Of a stretch of DNA of 64,000 nt, positions 60,110 to 64,000 are shown one piece after another (position 1 is the stretch's first letter; each line of letters starts with the position of its first letter). Under the pieces are notes generated by a model, which was not told where the DNA came from, did not search any database, and saw nothing but the letters and a program-made list of their open reading frames with translations. The DNA comes from Sedimentisphaerales bacterium (GTDB taxonomy: Bacteria > Planctomycetota > Phycisphaerae > Sedimentisphaerales > SM23-30), in NCBI GenBank assembly GCA_963666285.1, contig OY762711.1; one strand, given 5' to 3'. The position numbers were made by a program, and so were the translations under genes.

Positions 60110-62599
60110 TTACTTAGTTATAGAAATCGCGTCCAGGTTAGGACCGTTTTCTATCGCAACCAGCTTAACGAAGTTGCCCCCGCCTTTATGGAATTTGGCT
60201 TTAATCTTTTCAATCTTCCAATTAGTCCAGCTGCCGGTTTGTTTGAACTTAACAACGCCAACCTTCTCATTGTTGACAAAGAGGTCACATGGCCTGTCAC
60301 TACCTTCAGCGGCATAACGGAAATTGAGTGTATACTGACCAGCTTCACCGGCCAGGATATTATCCCATTCAACAGAAGAACCGGAACCGGCAAAGTCGGC
60401 AAAACCGACACCCTGGAAACCTTTATTGTTGCTGGCAACAGCAGTACCGCCGCCCAGCTTGGCTTTTTCTGCTTCATAAGCATCACCGTCCATCTTGGAC
60501 TCTACCGCCTTGGCTTTAGCAGCTTCGCGGTGTGGGTAGAAGATATCGCCGCCAACACCAAGATCCTTGATACGCAGGTTACGGAACTTGTATTCGAGGC
60601 CTTTTTCACCATGATGCTGGATACCGATAAAACCTTTAAGGTCCATGCCGTCATAGATATCTGTAGTCTTAACATCGTTAACAAAAATCTGAATATGCTG
60701 ACCGATACATACGATGCGATATTTATTCCACTCGCCCTGCTTATAGCATTCACCGGCACGCTCGCGGAATTCGGCAATTGATTTATCAGCCGCTTCTTTG
60801 CTGTCAGCCTTATCGCGATTTGGCGAGACAAACCACATTCTACGACCTTCATCATAAAGTCCGCCGGACCATTTACGATCAGCAGTATCAACCTCAGCCT
60901 GATACCCCCAGGCCCTGTTCTTACTATACTGACAACGGAACATAAATCCAGAATTACCATTCTTAACCGGCATCTTGATCTCAGCTTCAAAGACGAAGTT
61001 CGCATATTCCTTTTTGGTCAGCAGGAACCACTTATCTTTTTCTGTGGTCAGAGTAACTTCACCATTTTCAACCTTGGACTGTCCCCAGCCATAAGGGTTA
61101 AACCACTTGCTCATAGAACTGTCAACCAGGTCTTCCCAGCGAGCTTTCTTTTCGGACAGAATACGTGAGCTCTTGGAAGTAACCAGAGCAAAATTATCAT
61201 AAGCATTCCAGTCTTCACGAACTTCCGGACCTTTGAGTGCCTTGTTAGCTTCGGCATGGTTTGTAATACGCATATTCGCGGCATCGTATTTGAGAGTACC
61301 GCCAAATCTCTGGCCGATACAGCCGAGAGCCAGCATTTCGCTAAGCGGAGCACCAACCTCGAATGGAGAATTTGCAGGCTCAATGCCCTGACAAGCGTTC
61401 AGGAAGTTCTTCATATGGTTAGGAAGCGGACCCTTAACAGCTCCGATTTCACCTGATTTACGTTTTGCTTCCAGACCGTCGTTATTGATAAACTGATAAT
61501 CAGCTCCATGGCTGCGTCCCAGAACAATATCTTTTCCGGCATATGTAATAGAACCAACATTACCCATATCTTCTTTCTTGAAGCAGCTTGGCGGAGTTGG
61601 ATGATGATCCTTACCATCCCACCAGTTTAGTTCAAGAGCAGGCATATCGCCGCGAGCTTTAAACTTGAATGTGATGACAGAACCCTGAGGGAAGTACAGA
61701 TCGCTAGGACCATATGTCTTTGTACTGATTTCGTACGGGCTGCCCAGTTTGAGGTAACGATGGAACGCATCCAGAACGTGTGCTCCCCAGTCACCCATAC
61801 AGCCATCACCAAACTCATACCAGCATCTCCAGTTACCGCCTACCATCTTGTCACTGTATGGACGGAACTGACGACGACCCAGCCACAGGTCCCAGTCAAA
61901 ACCGGCCGGTGGTGTGTCCTGCGGATAATCGGTGTCTGTCCAGCCATGCCAACGACGACTGTTTGTCATCCAGGCATCAATCCTGGTAATATCTTTGATA
62001 ACGCCCTCTTCAACCAGTTTGGCAAACTGTTTGGTGCCATGTTCAGAGTGCCCCTGGTTACCAAGCTGTGTTACGACACCTTTACATGCCTTAGCAGCTT
62101 TTTCCAGCAGACGACATTCGTAAACATTCTGAGCAAGCGGTTTTTCAACATATACATGCTTACCCAGCAGCATAGAGTGAAGAACCGGAGGGAAATGAGT
62201 ATGGTCAGGAGTAGCAATAACTACCGCATCGATTTTATCATGCATCTTTTCGAACATTTCGCGATAGTCAACAAAACATGGGACATCCGGGTATTTCTTG
62301 TGATGACTGCCATGCTCAGTAAAAAGCAAATCAGAGAAAGCAACCAGTTCAACCTGGTCTTTGTTAGACATCATCCAATCAAGAACCTGTCCGCCTCGGT
62401 TATATACACCGATCTGAGCAACTCTTATCTTTTTGCCCTTTGGAACAAATTTCGGTGTGTAAATTGGTGCAATCTCATCTTTCCCAAACAAGCTGTTATC
62501 GCCAAACATTAATACTGGCGGAGTATATAACATAGCTTTCAAAATATCACGTCTGGAAACACCCTTAATACCTTTAAATTCTGGATTTAATTCTGTCAT
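60110..62599 (-). CDS. Tat-exported Gfo/Idh/MocA oxidoreductase fused to DUF1080 and a CBM35/CBM6-like module
   Basis: SRRDILK; IATPDHTH, HVYVEKP, DWGAH.LD; DUF1080 NSG.MFR, GYQAE, SGGLYD, WNKYRI, G.IG.Q.H; YEAE.A...TGSW..W...N...GPNLD. Confidence 0.88.
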   Translation of the reverse strand: MTELNPEFKGIKGVSRRDILKAMLYTPPVLMFGDNSLFGKDEIAPIYTPKFVPKGKKIRVAQIGVYNRGGQVLDWMMSNKDQVELVAFSDLLFTEHGSHHKKYPDVPCFVDYREMFEKMHDKIDAVVIATPDHTHFPPVLHSMLLGKHVYVEKPLAQNVYECRLLEKAAKACKGVVTQLGNQGHSEHGTKQFAKLVEEGVIKDITRIDAWMTNSRRWHGWTDTDYPQDTPPAGFDWDLWLGRRQFRPYSDKMVGGNWRCWYEFGDGCMGDWGAHVLDAFHRYLKLGSPYEISTKTYGPSDLYFPQGSVITFKFKARGDMPALELNWWDGKDHHPTPPSCFKKEDMGNVGSITYAGKDIVLGRSHGADYQFINNDGLEAKRKSGEIGAVKGPLPNHMKNFLNACQGIEPANSPFEVGAPLSEMLALGCIGQRFGGTLKYDAANMRITNHAEANKALKGPEVREDWNAYDNFALVTSKSSRILSEKKARWEDLVDSSMSKWFNPYGWGQSKVENGEVTLTTEKDKWFLLTKKEYANFVFEAEIKMPVKNGNSGFMFRCQYSKNRAWGYQAEVDTADRKWSGGLYDEGRRMWFVSPNRDKADSKEAADKSIAEFRERAGECYKQGEWNKYRIVCIGQHIQIFVNDVKTTDIYDGMDLKGFIGIQHHGEKGLEYKFRNLRIKDLGVGGDIFYPHREAAKAKAVESKMDGDAYEAEKAKLGGGTAVASNNKGFQGVGFADFAGSGSSVEWDNILAGEAGQYTLNFRYAAEGSDRPCDLFVNNEKVGVVKFKQTGSWTNWKIEKIKAKFHKGGGNFVKLVAIENGPNLDAISITK

Positions 62600-62866
62600 T
62601 ATGATCTCCAATATTGCGGGTTATTATTTTGCGCGGTTGATATTCAACGATATATCAATATAAGTAGGAATTTCAATTATATTCTTTGACATTAATCGAT
62701 TCAAGCATTATTGACAGTTAGATACAATCATTCGCATATAGTGCAAGAAAATATGAATATTGCACTATAATACAGTTAATATTAAGATTCTCAAAGCAAA
62801 TACAAAATTTATTGTACAATAATCTAATAGCAACTAATGCCTGATTCGCATTTAAACCACTTGAGT

Positions 62867-64000
62867 TTACTTAACCTCTTTTAACAGCTCTTGATACAAA
62901 CCGGTATCCACTCCCCAGCTCATATTGGGTTTTTGCCCCATTACAAGCTTAAGGTGGCCGCCATTAACCAGGTCACTGTGAGTAAACCATGGGCCGACCA
63001 GTTCCTTGCCATTTAGATAGGCTTTCTGGATATACTTATTAGTTTCAGAGCATCCAGGAGCAGAAATAGTAAACTGCTTGCCGTTCGGCAGGTCAATTGT
63101 GATTTTCTCAAATACCGGGCTGCCGATGGTATAGATTGGCAAACCAGGAGTTACCGGATAGAAGCCCATACAGGAAAAGACTACAAATGCAGTCATACCA
63201 CCACCGTCTTCATCGCCGGGGATACCAAATATATTGTCCGGGAACCAGGCATTCAACAGCATGCGAATCTTCTTTTGAGTTTTCCATGGTGAATCAGTGA
63301 AATTATATAAATACGGGATGTGGAAACTTGGCTCATTACCCATGGAAAACTGACCGACTATGCCGGTGAAGTCAGGGAACTTGGCCCAGGTTTCATACTT
63401 ACTGCGAGGCAGCCCCTGTCGGAACAACTGGTCAAGACGGCCTTCAAACCTGTCTTTACCACCCATCAGACCGATCAAACCGGCAACATCATGCTGGACC
63501 TGCCAAAGGTATGTCCAGCCGTTATTCTCATCGTAGTAATCTCTGCCACCCATACCGCCGTCAAAGGATGGATCAATGTTAATCCACTCGCCTTTGTCGT
63601 TTTTCGGCATGAAGAAACCTTTTTTGTCCCAATAGAGATTCTTATAGTTATTAGCACGTTCGGCAAACAGCTCGGCATCTTCTTTGTAGCCTAGCTCGTC
63701 AGCAAACTCTGACAGCGCCCAATCGTCATAACTATGGCCAAGAGTAATAGCTACTGACTGACGTTTTTCCCAGCCGTGAACTTCTTTTACAGTTTCTTTT
63801 TCGCCTGGTGCCAGTGCCGGATAATATCCCTTTTCGGCATAGAATCGGTCCAGCGAACAGGCCGGTCCATTTTTCCAAGGCAGCATAGTAGCTTCCAGGG
63901 CATTTTTCTTCATCGCTTCGTAGGCAAGATCTTTATCGATCCCCTTGACACCCTTACGGTAACCATCAAGGATCATAATAGTAGAATGAAAACCGTTCAT
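62867..64000 (-). CDS. GH92 alpha-mannosidase, C-terminal part (5' end outside the window)
   Basis: YDENNGWTY.W.V.HD, MGNEPSFHIPYLY, IPGDEDGGGMTA, GFYPVTPG.P.Y.IGSP.F. Confidence 0.93.
   Translation of the reverse strand: MNGFHSTIMILDGYRKGVKGIDKDLAYEAMKKNALEATMLPWKNGPACSLDRFYAEKGYYPALAPGEKETVKEVHGWEKRQSVAITLGHSYDDWALSEFADELGYKEDAELFAERANNYKNLYWDKKGFFMPKNDKGEWINIDPSFDGGMGGRDYYDENNGWTYLWQVQHDVAGLIGLMGGKDRFEGRLDQLFRQGLPRSKYETWAKFPDFTGIVGQFSMGNEPSFHIPYLYNFTDSPWKTQKKIRMLLNAWFPDNIFGIPGDEDGGGMTAFVVFSCMGFYPVTPGLPIYTIGSPVFEKITIDLPNGKQFTISAPGCSETNKYIQKAYLNGKELVGPWFTHSDLVNGGHLKLVMGQKPNMSWGVDTGLYQELLKEVK

Noticed and set aside
1..64000. tRNA, rRNA, tmRNA, RNase P
   Set aside because: No cloverleaf/TTCGA-arm or rRNA signature recognised in the intergenic regions by eye; a tRNAscan/cmscan run would be decisive

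Overview
Bacterial chromosomal window, most likely from a planctomycete of the Phycisphaerae/Sedimentisphaerales type. This is inferred from three prepilin-type H-X9-DG genes with ECF sigma/anti-sigma pairs, a Zn-ribbon signal peptidase I, DUF1573, PQQ-like and GLUG proteins, and a flagellin. Housekeeping genes: infB 5' tip, nusA, rsmB, hpt, fabI, galE, lepB, and a complete trpEGDCFBA operon with an unannotated 22-aa Trp leader peptide and attenuator. Accessory content: signalling genes (vWA-HK-RR, PBP-HK, MCP); a sulfur/persulfide locus (YeeE/YedE pair, ArsR, CoA-persulfide reductase-rhodanese, ACR3-CBS) with a shared 20-bp palindromic operator; a transglutaminase-like lipoprotein with a GTAG(V/A) VNTR; a NoeA-like kinase/methyltransferase plus LtaS-like module; and a Gfo/Idh/MocA-DUF1080-CBM fusion next to GH92. 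The most striking unexplained signal is non-coding: a dispersed ~210-bp multi-stem element (3 close and 2 divergent copies, all + oriented) and a mosaic family of heptad-repeat/mini-hairpin elements. These fill the trp spacers and form direct repeats around an ankyrin gene. No rRNA, tRNA, CRISPR array or transposase was recognised. All family calls are by eye from motifs; no searches were run.
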